From the NCBI GenBank assembly GCA_038255465.1, contig JBBSLJ010000005.1, forward strand, positions 1-56,621: a stretch of 56,621 bases of DNA, read 5' to 3'. The notes beneath the pieces were generated by a model, which was given only the letters and a program-made list of their open reading frames with translations, did not search any database and was not told where the DNA came from. The translations under genes and the position numbers were made by a program. Positions 55,566 to 56,621 of this stretch are shown here, one piece after another. Numbering within the stretch: the stretch's first letter is position 1; every line of letters begins with the position of its first letter. The stretch is from Candidatus Saccharimonadales bacterium. GTDB lineage: Bacteria > Patescibacteriota > Saccharimonadia > Saccharimonadales > JACDFO01.

Positions 55566-56621
55566 ATGGGAAAAAATGTTAAGCGCCTTTATACCGAGTT
55601 CAAGCCAAAGCACTACATTGTTGAATTGGCACCAAACAAAGATGACATGACTTTTGCTGGTTCTGTTATAGTTTCCGGTCAAAAAACTGGGCGCCCTAGC
55701 AGACGACTAACGTTTCATCAAAATGGCCTAAAGCTTACGAAAGTACATGTGGTTAAACATGACAAAACTGGAGATCAAGAGCTTATTGTTGACCGTATAA
55801 ATAACCATAATTCCAGTGATGAGGTCCGTTTACATGCGACCAGCATGCTGTATCCGGGAAGGTATACAATCAGAATGGAGTTTAAGGGTGTAATCAGCCA
55901 GCAAATGAATGGCATGTACCCCTGTTTTTTTACACATGATAATACGAGCAAAAAGCTTATTGCGACTCAGTTCGAGAGCCATCATGCCCGAGAAGTTTTA
56001 CCATGTATTGATGAACCCGAGGCAAAGGCAACGTTTGACCTTACCCTTCGCACTGTTCCTGGAGAGGCAGTACTTGCTAATACACCGATTAAAAAACAAC
56101 TGGAAAAAGACGGGCAGCTGGTAACTGAGTTTGAGCGTACGCCGCATATGTCAACATATCTGCTGGCATTCGTAACAGGTGAACTAGGTTTTACCGAATC
56201 TAAAACTAAAAGTGGCGTAGTTGTGCGGGCATATGCGACACCTGACAACGTCCAATTTACACAGTTCGCACTTGATACAGCCGTAAAATGCTTGGAATTT
56301 TACAATGATTACTTCGGCATAAACTACCCACTTGAAAAATGTGACATGGTTGCCCTGCCGGACTTTGCCAGCGGTGCAATGGAAAATTGGGGCTGCATTA
56401 CTTACCGAGAGCAAACGTTGCTTGTTGACCCGGCAAACACAAGTCTGATGGCCAAGCAGTATGTTGCCATGGTCGTTGCACACGAGCTAGCTCATCAGTG
56501 GTTTGGCAACCTTGTAACCATGCGCTGGTGGACTGATCTTTGGCTTAATGAAGGTTTTGCCAGCTGGATCGAATTTATGGCTGTCGATCACTTGTTTCCA
56601 GAATGGGATATGTGGACGCAA
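55566..56621 (+). CDS. pepN: M1 family aminopeptidase (runs off the window end)
   Basis: Manual translation MGKNVKRLY...[19 protein letters not shown]...GAMENWG...[13 protein letters not shown]...LNEGFA. Absent from the ORF track because no stop lies in the window. Confidence 0.95.
   Translation, partial: MGKNVKRLYTEFKPKHYIVELAPNKDDMTFAGSVIVSGQKTGRPSRRLTFHQNGLKLTKVHVVKHDKTGDQELIVDRINNHNSSDEVRLHATSMLYPGRYTIRMEFKGVISQQMNGMYPCFFTHDNTSKKLIATQFESHHAREVLPCIDEPEAKATFDLTLRTVPGEAVLANTPIKKQLEKDGQLVTEFERTPHMSTYLLAFVTGELGFTESKTKSGVVVRAYATPDNVQFTQFALDTAVKCLEFYNDYFGINYPLEKCDMVALPDFASGAMENWGCITYREQTLLVDPANTSLMAKQYVAMVVAHELAHQWFGNLVTMRWWTDLWLNEGFASWIEFMAVDHLFPEWDMWTQ

Noticed and set aside
216-56483. Many antisense or alternate-frame ORFs in the track (e.g. 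216..815+, 3047..3622+, 20750..21184+, 48773..49276+)
   Set aside because: They lie wholly opposite well-supported conserved genes, have no motifs or start signals, and are expected shadow ORFs.
1-56621. CRISPR array, rRNA, T-box, intron or intein
   Set aside because: I saw no regularly spaced repeats, no rRNA-like sequence, no T-box motif before hisS or tyrS, and no large insertions in rpoB, rpoC, recG or fusA.

Overview
This window is core chromosome from a reduced-genome bacterium. I infer Patescibacteria, most likely Saccharibacteria-like, from sequence style and gene order, with standard code 11. Most genes lie on the minus strand. It carries the rplC-rplN ribosomal protein block, with rpsJ displaced about 4 kb upstream by five inserted genes. 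tuf is separated from fusA by a convergent GH13/GT4 pair. The rest of the core set is rpsL-rpsG-fusA, rpoBC, clpP, tig, hisS, tRNA-Leu(TAG), rsmD, recG, tyrS, a class A PBP, radA, clpC, nusA and a partial pepN. A 5.8-kb integrative element with a large serine recombinase sits at the 3' end of tRNA-Leu. The strongest novel signal is a leaderless 18-aa leader peptide (MYISQINPHLHILPELVG) with a terminator/antiterminator pair. It heads an operon of an uncharacterised 281-aa protein, an interrupted MccF-like S66 peptidase and hisS. Other notable signals: (1) RpoC has lost all eight zinc-binding Cys. (2) EF-G has NKIN in place of NKxD and a rewritten G5 loop. (3) The recombinase C-terminus is encoded antisense to the tRNA. 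(4) The element has a candidate antisense RNA against its own HTH gene. (5) CIRCE operators precede clpP and clpC. (6) A terminator lies in the nusA leader. (7) Two similar Cys-rich orphans sit behind rpsG and nusA. (8) A leaderless gene layout is common. All family calls come from motif recognition; no database search was run.
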